Shown: one piece after another, positions 18,103 to 27,888 of the stretch | Position numbering within the stretch: position 1 is the first letter of the stretch | Layout: every line of letters begins with the position of its first letter | Source of the DNA: Burkholderiales bacterium | GTDB taxonomy: Bacteria > Pseudomonadota > Gammaproteobacteria > Burkholderiales > Casimicrobiaceae | Reading direction: 5' to 3' | Length of the DNA stretch: 31,676 nucleotides | Assembly: GCA_031257235.1 (NCBI GenBank) | Contig: JAIRPA010000067.1 | Span: forward strand, 1-31,676 | The notes under the pieces: model-generated | What the model was told of the DNA's origin: nothing | Database searches by the model: none | What the model saw: the letters and a program-made list of their open reading frames with translations, nothing else | Made by a program: the position numbers and the translations under genes

Positions 18103-19194
18103 CTACGCATCGTACCGAATGACGTATTGCGCGTCATCGCGGTCGACCGTGCTGGCTTTACTGCATAAAAAAGAATCCCAACCCAAACGCGCGCCGGTGT
18201 GATTGTCCAACACGCATCCGTTGATATCCTCTTTGGCGAGGATCAGACGAACCTCATACTCATAAGTAATACCGCCCATCAAGAGTAATAGTTTTTTCAA
18301 CGCCTCTGCGCCATGACCGCCCGGAAGAAAATCTTCAAACTTTTTTGCGTTTAAAGGTCCCAACTTCACGCGCAGACGTAAATTTCGCTGCCAAACCCGT
18401 TCACCGATGAACGCCGATCGCCCCAAATAAGCCGATTCGCCGCCCAATTCGGTGCGGCAATTCTCCGGCACGACGTACCACGAGCCGACAAACTGTTCGA
18501 TCGAAAACGTGATCCCGAAATACTCTGCCAAAGCGCGCTGTAAAAATTTGGCGGCGGGCGGACGTTGCTTGACGGCGGTGGCGTATCGCGCCAACGCGCT
18601 GTCGCACACCTCGCCTTTGCCGCCGCGAAGTCGATTGCGTAACCCCGAATGCCCTAAGCCTGCAATGCTCAACAACGCCGAAAGATATTGCTCGCCCGTT
18701 CCCGATTCGTGCATCAACGCCAAGCGGTATTTTTTCCACGCGTGGTAAAACAAATACGCCGCGCGATTGGAAAAAATATCAAAAAACGACCGTGCGCCGG
18801 GGTCTCGCTTTTGCGCCTCGAAGGTGGCAAGCCTTTCCGAATAATGGAAGGGCAACGCCCCTTGAACCCCCAATAAACCGAAAAACGTCGGCGTGATTTC
18901 TACGGTTTCGATTTCGGCATTTCTAATGGCTTCCGATAATTCTTCGGGGCTCAATACATGAAAGTTTTCGGCGTAGGCTTTTGCCGCCGCAATCTCACTT
19001 GCCGGAAACGAAAGCGAGGTTGAATTGATGAATCGCAAATGTTGTTGTTCAAAGGCTTTGATGTCTTCTTTTTGCGTGGACGCGGCGCGCCAACGCTCCA
19101 AGAGGCGAACCGCCTGAAAGAATTGAAAACGATACGGTTCCCTGAAGAACCGTTCGATTACACTAAATTCAATCCGCCGCTGCATGGCTGACAC
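18103..19194 (-). CDS. tssG: T6SS baseplate subunit
   Basis: YRFQFFQAVRLLE, SLSFPASEI, FFGLLGVQGALP, FFDIFSNR, LGWDSFL; follows tssF. The start is GTG 19194 or ATG 19185. Confidence 0.92.
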   Translation of the reverse strand: MSAMQRRIEFSVIERFFREPYRFQFFQAVRLLERWRAASTQKEDIKAFEQQHLRFINSTSLSFPASEIAAAKAYAENFHVLSPEELSEAIRNAEIETVEITPTFFGLLGVQGALPFHYSERLATFEAQKRDPGARSFFDIFSNRAAYLFYHAWKKYRLALMHESGTGEQYLSALLSIAGLGHSGLRNRLRGGKGEVCDSALARYATAVKQRPPAAKFLQRALAEYFGITFSIEQFVGSWYVVPENCRTELGGESAYLGRSAFIGERVWQRNLRLRVKLGPLNAKKFEDFLPGGHGAEALKKLLLLMGGITYEYEVRLILAKEDINGCVLDNHTGARLGWDSFLCSKASTVDRDDAQYVIRYDA

Positions 19195-20993
19195 CGCATG
19201 AGTTCCGTGCCGTCATCCGAAAGAATGACCAGACGGGTGAAACTGTTGATGTGAACATAAAGCCCAAAAAAACGATCCAGCACCGAGATGAAGGTATGCA
19301 GACTCGTGCCGACAAAATGATCGGGATTGATGGTTAATCTGATCTCAATCCCTTTAATGAACGTTGCAAACGGCTCGCCTTCTAACCATAACGTCGAGAG
19401 CGCGTGATCAATGCCGATCAATCCTTCGATCTGCCGCGTGATCGCGGACGACATGGATAAATTGTAAAGATGCAGGGTTTCTTTGAGTGCCGACAAACCG
19501 GTATCCACCAGCGACAAATGGTTCAGCGACAAATGAGAAATCAAGCGCCAGTGCATCCCTCGCCCTTTGGCAAACCGAACGCTGGGAGTAGGACGGCGCA
19601 AAAGCCGAACCGCGTCCACGACATCCCCTTCCATCAGTAAGTCGCCCTCGCGCTGGCCAATGGACAAAAACGTGGGCAAATCCCGATTGGTGCACGTCAT
19701 CTTGATACTCAAGGTATCCACCCGCGGCACCATCGGGTTGTAATCCGAATCGACAATGCTGATCACCGTTTCGTAGCCGGGGCTTCGCTCACTCATGGCG
19801 GCGTCGCGTGTGGCCGTCCAATACCCGCCTTTTCTGTCCTCCCCTTCCCCGTGTCTCAACGAGAAAAACGGTCGAACTTCCGCCACGTGCGTGGCTTCCG
19901 CCTGCTCTTGAACTTCAAAGACTTTATCAATGCTGTACACATCAAAGCCGTTGCTGTAGCGCCCGTCCGCCAGCGCCGGATACTCTGTCATCATTTGCGT
20001 GACACGAATCGGCTCTCCTTGATACTCAAACAAATTCACAATCGGCGTACAACCTAACCGAATGTTGTCTTTGGACGTGGTTTCCATCAACCGCGCTTCG
20101 TTGGAATCCGCCGAGATGCCGTGCGTCAAAAGATGCAACGTGAAGGAATTGGCGCGCCCGATAAGTTCATAGAGTTCCTTCCACGGAATATCAAAAAAGT
20201 TGAATTTTTCCGAAAAGGCAAAATACTCGGCAAGTAAACGATACGCCGGGTGCGAGCTTGCGGGAAGATCAATCAACGCCTCATTTTCTTCAAAGCCGCA
20301 AGACGCCAGCGGCACTTTCTCCAAGCGTTGCCATTTTCTTTCGGGATACTCCACAAAAGCGTGATTGACCTTCATAAACAAAGTGTCGCGCAACATCGCC
20401 ACCAATGAGGCTTCCCCGTGTAAGTAACATCTCAGTTTGGAAAGATCAATGTCGTTAAAGGTCAATGCCTTATCGGGCAACTCGAATTTAATGGAAAGTC
20501 TGCCGGTGGTTTCCGGCGGAAAAGACACGCCCTGGGGCAACATCGGCGAAGAAAAATACTGCGCAGACGCCACCATGATCGGCGACAAGGTGACATCGTA
20601 AACCGTCCGAAATTTACACGGCACTTTGCGCACGGGTTTTGACGTGACATAAGTGCCGCGCGGAATCAGCGTCGTTTCTTTGAGCTCGCCGATTCTTGAG
20701 CCTAAATCAAATTGCACAATGGAAGACGAAGGAAACGGGCGCATGTAATGCGGATACAGCACCTCAAGAAGCGATTCGGTAAATTCGGGATAATCGTCGT
20801 CGAGTTTTTTGCTGACCCGCGCCGTCAAAAGCGCGAAGGATTCGATCATCCGCTCAACATGAGGGTCTTCACACGCCTCGCCGGTGAGCCCCAAGCCCGC
20901 CGCAATTTTAGGATAGCGTTTTGCAAACTCCCGGGACGTGCCGCGCACGAACGCCAACTCGCGCTCGTAATAGGGAAGCAGTTCTTCAATCAT
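19158..20993 (-). CDS. tssF: T6SS baseplate subunit
   Basis: LLPYYEREL...YPKIA...EDPHVERMIESFALL, LGCTPIVNLF, TNRDLP, WRLISHLSLNHLSL. Confidence 0.95.
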   Translation of the reverse strand: MIEELLPYYERELAFVRGTSREFAKRYPKIAAGLGLTGEACEDPHVERMIESFALLTARVSKKLDDDYPEFTESLLEVLYPHYMRPFPSSSIVQFDLGSRIGELKETTLIPRGTYVTSKPVRKVPCKFRTVYDVTLSPIMVASAQYFSSPMLPQGVSFPPETTGRLSIKFELPDKALTFNDIDLSKLRCYLHGEASLVAMLRDTLFMKVNHAFVEYPERKWQRLEKVPLASCGFEENEALIDLPASSHPAYRLLAEYFAFSEKFNFFDIPWKELYELIGRANSFTLHLLTHGISADSNEARLMETTSKDNIRLGCTPIVNLFEYQGEPIRVTQMMTEYPALADGRYSNGFDVYSIDKVFEVQEQAEATHVAEVRPFFSLRHGEGEDRKGGYWTATRDAAMSERSPGYETVISIVDSDYNPMVPRVDTLSIKMTCTNRDLPTFLSIGQREGDLLMEGDVVDAVRLLRRPTPSVRFAKGRGMHWRLISHLSLNHLSLVDTGLSALKETLHLYNLSMSSAITRQIEGLIGIDHALSTLWLEGEPFATFIKGIEIRLTINPDHFVGTSLHTFISVLDRFFGLYVHINSFTRLVILSDDGTELMRCQPCSGGLNLV

Positions 20994-21490
20994 AATCTCA
21001 CCTCATCATGCCCTGACCTAAAAACGCTGCGGCTGACGGCATACTGCAACGTTGAAGGTTTTAACGTGGCGTCAAACGCCACCGGCTCATACAATTCGCC
21101 GACATTCAAAACCGCCGTGATGGCAAAACAAAGCGTTGCGGTGGCGCGGGTATCCACCAAAAGTTTCACTTTAACGCTTTTTAATCTCGGCTCATGGCGC
21201 TCCACCGCCTTCTCAAGCGAGGAGCAAATCGCCGTTCGATCGGTAAAACTCGCCAAACTTTTTCCGGAAAAATCGTTGACGCCGTAAGTCAGAATAGACC
21301 TTTGACAATGTTTGAATTTGGCAAGATTTTCTTCGGTGAACTGCATTCGCGTGTTTAAAAGCGACTCAATATCCTGCGCCACCGAGTCTTTGAGCTCTTC
21401 GATGCTCAAACGACGCACCAAATAATTGGCGCCATATTCACGCGGGAAAATCTTATCAAACAGCGAGGGCTCGAAACCTTTGGCAGACAT
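20990..21490 (-). CDS. tssE: T6SS baseplate gp25-like subunit
   Basis: FEPSLFDKI, DIESLLNTR, SILTYG, ERHEPRL; ATGA overlap with tssF. Confidence 0.92.
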   Translation of the reverse strand: MSAKGFEPSLFDKIFPREYGANYLVRRLSIEELKDSVAQDIESLLNTRMQFTEENLAKFKHCQRSILTYGVNDFSGKSLASFTDRTAICSSLEKAVERHEPRLKSVKVKLLVDTRATATLCFAITAVLNVGELYEPVAFDATLKPSTLQYAVSRSVFRSGHDEVRL

Positions 21491-21531
21491 GATTTTATTC
21501 GGGAAACGGGTTAAAAAAAGCGGAAGGTGGG

Positions 21532-21540
21532 ATTATAACA
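21532..21540 (-). promoter_or_regulatory. Extended -10 promoter element for tssEFG
   Basis: TGT-TATAAT on the minus strand, about 40 bp before the tssE ATG. Confidence 0.5.
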
Positions 21541-21693
21541 ACCTGTAAAAGATAAGTCCCTCTTTGGCGTAAAAAAAGCCCAAATTTTCGGTCAAACGCG
21601 CCGAATGCGCGTCACAAACGGGCAAACCTGTCGAAAGGTCGAAGCGAGGCTTGCCTCGCCCGCATGCGCCTTGCCTGCCCTTGCCTTTCCTGC

Positions 21694-21769
21694 AAAAAAT
21701 CGACGGGGTCCCCCCGCGATTTTTTGGAAACCTCAACCGCCCAAAAGTAGGTTTTCACTTTTGGGCGAA
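21694..21769 (+). repeat. Double-hairpin element copy 6
   Basis: AAAAAA TCG A CGGGG TCC CCCCG CGA TTTTTT GGAAACCTCAA C CGCCCAAAAGT AGGTTTTC ACTTTTGGGCG AA. Confidence 0.9.
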
Positions 21770-21774
21770 TCTAT

Positions 21775-21808
21775 AAAAAAGGCTGTGCGTCTTTCGACCA
21801 CAGCCTTT
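21775..21808 (-). terminator. Intrinsic terminator after hcp
   Basis: Minus strand: AAAGGCTGTG-GTCGAAAGACG-CACAGCC-TTTTTT. Confidence 0.75.
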
Positions 21809-21827
21809 GTTTTTCCCGCAAAAAAGA

Positions 21828-22385
21828 TTAAACGGAATATGTCTTGTCGTTCTTCGTCAAGCTCCAAGCACCTTGGGTCACGCCGTTTTGATTGCCGCCG
21901 ATTTTCTGCTTGGTGTATTTCCATTGAATGGCGGCATATTTCAGTTTGAAGCGATCCGTCGGAATCGTGGAAACTTGCTTTGAGCTGTCTAACGCCGCCT
22001 CTGCGGAATCCGCCGCGTCGATCTGAAGACCGGCAACGGTTTCCACGTCGCAAATAATGACGTGTTTGAGCTTGACTTCGAGGTATTTAACGCGATTCCC
22101 TTCGCCGTCCGCACGCATAAAGTCGATGGTCACTTCGTCAAACGTGGTGCCGCCGGAAGAATGCTGATACAATAACGGGCTGACGAGATCAACGTCTTTG
22201 GTGAGGATCATCGCGCCATGTTCGGTACGCTCGGAAGTATGCCCGCCGGAGGTGGACGCCGTCACGGAACGGGGTTGGTGAATGCTTTGCTTGAAGGAAC
22301 TGATCTCAATCCACTCGGCATGGTCTTTGTCATTGGACTCGCCTTTGATGGAAGGATTTCCAAATTGTAAATATATATCTTTCAT
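21828..22385 (-). CDS. hcp: T6SS tube protein Hcp
   Basis: IKGESNDKDHAEWIEI, TASTSGGHT, GGTTFDEVTIDF, LKYAAIQW, GAWSLTKNDKTY; AGGAG RBS. Confidence 0.95.
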   Translation of the reverse strand: MKDIYLQFGNPSIKGESNDKDHAEWIEISSFKQSIHQPRSVTASTSGGHTSERTEHGAMILTKDVDLVSPLLYQHSSGGTTFDEVTIDFMRADGEGNRVKYLEVKLKHVIICDVETVAGLQIDAADSAEAALDSSKQVSTIPTDRFKLKYAAIQWKYTKQKIGGNQNGVTQGAWSLTKNDKTYSV

Positions 22386-22491
22386 AAGACAATCTCCTAG
22401 AATTTATTTAAAAAAACATAACATCATAAAAAAGTAACGATCATTTCAACTACACATATTGTCTGTTACGACAAACCTTATAGACTGTCGG

Positions 22492-22500
22492 ATTCTAGCA
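22492..22500 (-). promoter_or_regulatory. Extended -10 element upstream of hcp
   Basis: TGC-TAGAAT on the minus strand at the edge of an AT-rich leader. Confidence 0.4.
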
Positions 22501-22627
22501 TAAACCGCCTTAAAAGAATCAAAAGATGATTATTTTTATGGTATTTTTTGGACTTCGTCCCTTTTTTGTCGGGGGCGGATAAGAACTTTCCCGCGTTAGC
22601 TATGCTTTTATCGTTTTTTTTGTTGAG

Positions 22628-22700
22628 CGCCCAAAAGTAAACACCTACTTTTGGGCGGTTGAAGTTACCCAAAAAGTACGGGCAAAGCCCGATACTTTTT
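22628..22700 (-). repeat. Double-hairpin element copy 7
   Basis: Minus strand: AAAAA GTA T CGGGC TTT GCCCG TAC TTTTT GGGTAACTTCAA C CGCCCAAAAGTA GGTGTT TACTTTTGGGCG. Confidence 0.9.
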
Positions 22701-22721
22701 GGTAAAAACGGCGGTAAAACC

Positions 22722-22812
22722 GGATTGCGGGTCGGAGCCCGCAATGACGACGCGCTTTGCGCGTCCGCCGCCTTTGGCGGCGTTTTTCGGGCGAAGCAAG
22801 CCTCGCCCCTAC
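22722..22812 (-). repeat. Central mosaic: CGTC-type palindrome, GC hairpins and a GTAG-type palindrome
   Basis: GGATTGCGGG-TCGGAG-CCCGCAATGACG (22722-22749); CGCCGCC-TTT-GGCGGCG; minus-strand GTAG-GGGCGA-GGCTTGCT-TCGCCC (22789-22812). Confidence 0.8.
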
Positions 22813-22814
22813 GC

Positions 22815-22914
22815 AAAAAAGGATCAGGCTCTGCCTGTCCTTTTTTGGAAATTTCACTTCCGGCAAAAAGGTCCACTTTTGGGCGTCGAGTGTAGGTTTT
22901 CACTTTTTGCCGAA
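22815..22914 (+). repeat. Double-hairpin element copy 8 with duplicated right arm
   Basis: AAAAAA GGA T CAGGC TCT GCCTG TCC TTTTTT GGAAATTTCACTT C CGGCAAAAAG GTCC ACTTTTGGGCG TCGAGTGTAGGTTTTC ACTTTTTGCCG AA. Confidence 0.88.
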
Positions 22915-23058
22915 CGATCCCCGAACCCTGTTTACAATCCGACCAAAGAAAAGCACAATACCCGTTTTTTAATCCGAGCAACATTCGGAATATGGGGCGC
23001 GGATCGGCGCAAACCTTGTGCCGTCGGCGTCAAACTCTCATTTCTTAGGAACATGTTT

Positions 23059-25098
23059 ATGTCTTACGGACTTCTCTTGGCGCTTGTCTGCGCCGTCGTT
23101 GCGCTGGTGTTTGGCGGCGCGTCAATCCAATGGATTCTCAACAAACCCGATGGCAATGACCGCATGCGCGAAATCGCCGCGGCCATTCAGGCGGGAGCCA
23201 AAGCCTATTTGAACAGACAATATCTGACCATCGGCATCGTCGGCATCATCTTATGCGTCGTGATCGGTGTGTTCATCAACTGTTTGACGGCGGTCGGGTT
23301 TTTGATCGGCGCGTTGTTGTCGGGCGCTGCCGGCTACATCGGCATGAACGTTTCGGTACGCGCGAACGTGCGCACGGCAGAGGCCGCGCGTCACGGCATT
23401 CCGGCGGCGTTGGCGGTTGCCTTTCGCGGCGGCGCGATTACCGGTCTTTTGGTTGTCGGTTTGGGGCTATTAGGCGTTGCCGGTTTTTATTGGGCGTTGG
23501 TGACTTTATCGCCTGACGCCGCCGGCGATCTTCATCATGCCATCCAGCCTTTGGTGGGTTTGGCGTTCGGCGGCTCGTTGATTTCAATCTTCGCGCGGTT
23601 GGGCGGCGGTATTTTCACCAAAGGCGCGGACGTGGGCGCGGATTTGGTCGGTAAAGTTGAAGCCGGAATTCCCGAAGATGATCCGCGTAATCCCGCGGTG
23701 ATCGCCGATAACGTCGGCGATAACGTCGGAGACTGCGCGGGCATGGCGGCAGACCTCTTTGAAACCTACGCCGTGACCATCGTGGCGACCATGCTTTTGG
23801 GCGCGTTGATGTTAAAAGACATCGCGGCAACGGCGGTGGTTTATCCGTTAGTCTTAGGCGGTGTCTCGATCATCGCCTCCATCATCGGCTGTTTCTTTGT
23901 CAAAAGCGCCAAGGGCAAAATCATGGGCGCGCTTTACAACGGTTTGATTGTTGCCGGCGTATTGGCGGCCATTGCGTTTGCGGCCATCACTTATTGGATG
24001 CTGGGCAATATCCATGAAACCTATCCCGAATACACTTGGGTGCGCTTGTACGGCGCGGCACTGATCGGTTTGGCGTTGACGGCTTTGATGGTCGTCATCA
24101 CCGAATACTACACGGGGACGCAATACAAACCCGTGCGACATGTCGCCCAAGCCTCCACCACCGGTCACGCCACCAACATCATCGCGGGCTTAGGCGTTTC
24201 GATGAAAGCCACCGCGCTTCCCGTGATTGCGGTTTGCGCGGCCATCGGTTGTGCGTATGCTTTAGGTGGCTTGTACGGCATTGCCGTTGCCGCTACTGCC
24301 ATGCTCTCGATGACCGGCATCATCGTGGCGTTGGACGCTTATGGTCCGATCACCGACAACGCCGGCGGGATTGCGGAAATGTCGGAGTTGCCTGAATCCG
24401 TCCGCGCCGTCACCGATCCTTTAGACGCCGTCGGCAACACCACCAAAGCCGTCACCAAAGGCTACGCCATCGGCTCGGCGGGCTTGGCGGCGTTGGTGCT
24501 TTTTGCCGATTACACCCACGCGCTTGAAAGCAAGGGTTTGAATTTATCCTTCGATTTGTCCGATCACATGGTCATCATCGGTTTATTCATCGGCGGCTTA
24601 GTCCCCTACTTATTCGGCGCGATGGCCATGGAAGCCGTCGGACGCGCGGCGGGCGCGGTGGTGGTGGAAGTGCGCCGTCAATTCCGCGAAATCAAAGGCA
24701 TCATGGAAGGCAAGGCAAAACCGGAATACGGCGTAGCGGTCGATATGCTGACCAAAGCGGCCATCAAAGAAATGATCATTCCGTCGCTCTTGCCGGTGTT
24801 GGTGCCGGTCTTAGTCGGGCTTATTTTAGGACCCAAAGCCTTGGGCGGTCTTTTGATGGGAACGATCATCACGGGGATTTTTGTGGCCATTTCGATGACC
24901 ACCGGCGGCGGCGCGTGGGATAACGCCAAGAAATACATTGAAGACGGAAACTTCGGCGGCAAGGGTTCGGACGCGCACAAAGCGGCCGTGACGGGCGACA
25001 CCGTGGGCGATCCTTATAAAGATACGGCAGGCCCTGCGGTCAATCCGTTGATCAAGATCATCAACATCGTCGCGCTGATGATCGTGCCGTTGTTGTAA
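23059..25098 (+). CDS. hppA: Membrane H+-translocating pyrophosphatase, K+-independent type
   Basis: [46 protein letters not shown] has Lys at the K+-dependence position, indicating K+-independence. The start was placed at ATG 23059, 8 nt after AGGA. Confidence 0.95.
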   Translation: MSYGLLLALVCAVVALVFGGASIQWILNKPDGNDRMREIAAAIQAGAKAYLNRQYLTIGIVGIILCVVIGVFINCLTAVGFLIGALLSGAAGYIGMNVSVRANVRTAEAARHGIPAALAVAFRGGAITGLLVVGLGLLGVAGFYWALVTLSPDAAGDLHHAIQPLVGLAFGGSLISIFARLGGGIFTKGADVGADLVGKVEAGIPEDDPRNPAVIADNVGDNVGDCAGMAADLFETYAVTIVATMLLGALMLKDIAATAVVYPLVLGGVSIIASIIGCFFVKSAKGKIMGALYNGLIVAGVLAAIAFAAITYWMLGNIHETYPEYTWVRLYGAALIGLALTALMVVITEYYTGTQYKPVRHVAQASTTGHATNIIAGLGVSMKATALPVIAVCAAIGCAYALGGLYGIAVAATAMLSMTGIIVALDAYGPITDNAGGIAEMSELPESVRAVTDPLDAVGNTTKAVTKGYAIGSAGLAALVLFADYTHALESKGLNLSFDLSDHMVIIGLFIGGLVPYLFGAMAMEAVGRAAGAVVVEVRRQFREIKGIMEGKAKPEYGVAVDMLTKAAIKEMIIPSLLPVLVPVLVGLILGPKALGGLLMGTIITGIFVAISMTTGGGAWDNAKKYIEDGNFGGKGSDAHKAAVTGDTVGDPYKDTAGPAVNPLIKIINIVALMIVPLL

Positions 25099-25135
25099 TT
25101 TCAAGCATCACAGATGGCTCTTCGAGCATCAGAGG

Positions 25136-25170
25136 AAGGGGGCGCAAAAAAGCGTCCCCTTACTTTTTTT
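25136..25170 (+). terminator. Intrinsic terminator after hppA
   Basis: AAGGGGGCGC-AAAAAA-GCGTCCCCTT-AC-TTTTTTT. Confidence 0.75.
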
Positions 25171-25186
25171 GCCTCGTCATGCCCAC

Positions 25187-26413
25187 TTACTTGGCGAGCC
25201 GGTAAAGCGCTTCGGTCAAGAGGTCTACCCCAAGCGCAATATCATCGGGAGACGCATACTCTAAAGGATGGTGGCTCAACCCGTCTTTATTGCGAATGAA
25301 GATCATGCCCACCTTGGCAAGGCTACCCATATTCATGGCATCGTGTCCGGCGCCGCTGGGCAACTGCATGGTGGCAATCCCCAACGCTTGCGCACTCTGC
25401 CCCAAAACCTCGATGATCTCCGGGGACATCGTGACCGGATTATCCGAAACCAAGGGTTTTAAGTGAATCGGCGTTCCGTATTTTTTCTCAATCTCTCGGA
25501 CACGTTTTTCGATCTCGGCTTGGGCGGCATCCATCGCGGCACGGTTGATCCCTCTTAAATCAATCCACAAATCCACTTCCCCGGGCACCACGTTGATCGC
25601 GCCGGGTTTGACGACCAGATTGCCCACGGTGCCCACAATATCTTTGGAGGCATAAGCGTTGGCCACCTCATTGACGGCAAGCACGACTTCCGACGCCGTC
25701 ACCAAAGCATCTTTTCGTTGGTTCATCGCCGTCCCGCCGGAATGGCTCGCTTTGCCGATCACCTTGACGTGCGTGCGAATGGGCGCGGCAATGGCTTTGA
25801 CAATGCCCACGCCCAGATTGTTTAATTCCAGCGTCGGGCTTTGCTCGATGTGGAGCTCAATAAAGGCGTCAATCTCGCCTTTTTGACGTACCGCCGTCTC
25901 CATTTTTTCAATGTCCAAACCCACCCTCTCCATCGCCAAAGGCAGGGGGATGCCGTCTTTGTCTGTGAGCGTTTTGGCGATGTCTTGACTTATTTTTCCC
26001 GTCATTGCCTTACTGCCAAAGGTCGCCATGGCAAAGCGACTGGATTCTTCCATCTGAAAAATAATCAGCTCTAAAGGATGCTTGAGTGCTCCGCGCTTTT
26101 GAAGCCTCATGAGGGCGGCCAACCCCGCCACGGCGCCGGTCATACCGTCATAATGTCCGCCGTTGGGCACGGTGTCGATGTGTGATCCTGTCGCAATCGC
26201 GCCCGCATGGGGGTCTTGCCCTTCCAAGCGACCGATGATGTTTCCCACCGCATCCACCCTGACGTTTAAATGAGCTTTTTTCATCAAACCGATGAAGTAA
26301 TCCCGCGCCAAATCGTCCTCGTTGGAATACGCCAATCGGTGCGAGCCGTTATCTTTTGTTCTGCCGATGGTGGACAAATGCGTCAACACATCCATCATCC
26401 ATGGTTTGTCCAT
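25187..26413 (-). CDS. M20 family Zn-dependent hydrolase (allantoate amidohydrolase / N-carbamoyl-L-amino-acid hydrolase-like)
   Basis: GSHIDTVPNGGHYDG, EESSRF, ELHIEQ, GKASHSG, SGAGHDA, SHHPLE. Confidence 0.88.
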   Translation of the reverse strand: MDKPWMMDVLTHLSTIGRTKDNGSHRLAYSNEDDLARDYFIGLMKKAHLNVRVDAVGNIIGRLEGQDPHAGAIATGSHIDTVPNGGHYDGMTGAVAGLAALMRLQKRGALKHPLELIIFQMEESSRFAMATFGSKAMTGKISQDIAKTLTDKDGIPLPLAMERVGLDIEKMETAVRQKGEIDAFIELHIEQSPTLELNNLGVGIVKAIAAPIRTHVKVIGKASHSGGTAMNQRKDALVTASEVVLAVNEVANAYASKDIVGTVGNLVVKPGAINVVPGEVDLWIDLRGINRAAMDAAQAEIEKRVREIEKKYGTPIHLKPLVSDNPVTMSPEIIEVLGQSAQALGIATMQLPSGAGHDAMNMGSLAKVGMIFIRNKDGLSHHPLEYASPDDIALGVDLLTEALYRLAK

Positions 26414-26540
26414 TTTAAAAACCTTTCCTTGAAAGGGAGGGCGTGATGAAGAGGTGGGGGCGTCAAAGCGGCAATGAAATCCCGCTTTGCCTTACCGCCC
26501 CGAACAAAGCCTCTTCCCTATCTCACCCGCACAAAAATAA

Positions 26541-27848
26541 TTAGTCGATTTTGAGATAATCACCCACCATATGCGCCACAAACGCCAACGCCGGAGACAA
26601 TCCTTCCTCGTCGAAATCAAAAGCACTGTTGTGATGACTGGCTGTCCGATTCACCCCCAGCTGAACATACGTGCCTATCCCGCCTTGTCGTTGAACTTCG
26701 CTCATCATGTGTGCAAAGTCCTCGCCGGCACCAAACTCTTTCAAGCCCTCGATTTGGGTATAAAACGGCACCTTCTTTGCCGCGGCAATTGCCCGATCAA
26801 TCATTTCGGGGCTACTCTGACCACTCTTGGTGCCGCCCATGACCGTGATCGAATACTCGCAGTCCCACATTTCCGCCGCGGCTTTGACGATGCGTCCGGC
26901 TTCTTTGACCATATAATCGTTCAAGTCACTGGTGACTCCGCGAGTTTCCATGACCAGCAAAGCGTCAGGCGGAACCACGTTGCGCCCCGCGCCGCCCACC
27001 AGCTTGCCTACATTGATGCGGGTCACTCCGTCACCATGCCGGCTGATCGCATGCAGGTTTAACGTGGCGGCACACGCCGCCAAAAGCGCGTTTTTACCTT
27101 CCTGTGGCGCGGCTCCCGCGTGAGCCGATTCCCCTTTAAACCTCACATCCCATTTTGTGGACGCTAAAAATCCTTTTGAGCCGCAGACAATTTTTCCGGC
27201 TTTGTCTGCCTGAAAACCGATATGCAAGCCTAAAATAGCGTCCACGTCTTTGACGACACCGGCGGCCACCATGGGGGCGGCTCCTCGCAACCCCTCTTCG
27301 GCAGGCTGAAAAATCAAACGAATCGACCCTTTGAGCCGATCTTTCATGCCCGCCACGATTTCTGCCACCGCCATGCCGATCGCGGTGTGCGCGTCGTGCC
27401 CGCAGGTGTGCATCGCTCCTTCGTTCACCGAAACAAAACCTTCACGAACCGGACGATGTTTTTCGTCTTGGCTCTCGTGCCCGTCGTTGGAATCCATGTC
27501 CACACGAATGGCAAGTTTGGGCCCCGGCAACCCAAAATCCATATCCGCCCAAAAGCCCGTCAAGCCGCCTTCCATTTGGCGAATCAGCGCTTCCACGCCG
27601 CCTTGCGCAATGGCGCGGCTTTGTTCCTTTTTGAGTTGATCGGGAGACGGCACCCCCATCATGGCGGACGGCGCGACGGCATCTTTACCCATGGTGATGG
27701 TGTAGCCCAGCTCTTTGACTTTGGAAAGAGCAATCGACGCCGTGCGAAATTCTGTCCAGCCCGGCTCGGGATGTTGATGAAAATCGCGTCGCCGCGCAAT
27801 GGTGACCGGGGTCAACAAAGCCACCTTTTCTTTAATGTATTGATCCAT
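26541..27848 (-). CDS. M20D amidohydrolase (AbgA-like)
   Basis: RRDFHQHPEPGWTEF, RVDMD, MHTCGHDAH, FQPAEEG, GEDF, HH. The start was placed at ATG 27848. Confidence 0.88.
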   Translation of the reverse strand: MDQYIKEKVALLTPVTIARRRDFHQHPEPGWTEFRTASIALSKVKELGYTITMGKDAVAPSAMMGVPSPDQLKKEQSRAIAQGGVEALIRQMEGGLTGFWADMDFGLPGPKLAIRVDMDSNDGHESQDEKHRPVREGFVSVNEGAMHTCGHDAHTAIGMAVAEIVAGMKDRLKGSIRLIFQPAEEGLRGAAPMVAAGVVKDVDAILGLHIGFQADKAGKIVCGSKGFLASTKWDVRFKGESAHAGAAPQEGKNALLAACAATLNLHAISRHGDGVTRINVGKLVGGAGRNVVPPDALLVMETRGVTSDLNDYMVKEAGRIVKAAAEMWDCEYSITVMGGTKSGQSSPEMIDRAIAAAKKVPFYTQIEGLKEFGAGEDFAHMMSEVQRQGGIGTYVQLGVNRTASHHNSAFDFDEEGLSPALAFVAHMVGDYLKID

Positions 27849-27888
27849 GTTTTTTCTTCCTGACTTTTTTCCTGAAACGGCATGAGCC

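Noticed and set aside
21620-21645. GGGCAAACCTGTCGAAAG resembling the start of a c-di-GMP-I riboswitch
   Set aside because: The stem after GAAA does not close properly and the GACGCAAAGC/P1 half is missing. It runs into a REP-like palindrome and points away from the nearest gene.
22699-23058. 120-aa N-terminal extension of hppA in the ORF track
   Set aside because: It runs through repeat copy 8. The PPase-like sequence starts at the ATG at 23059, which has an RBS.
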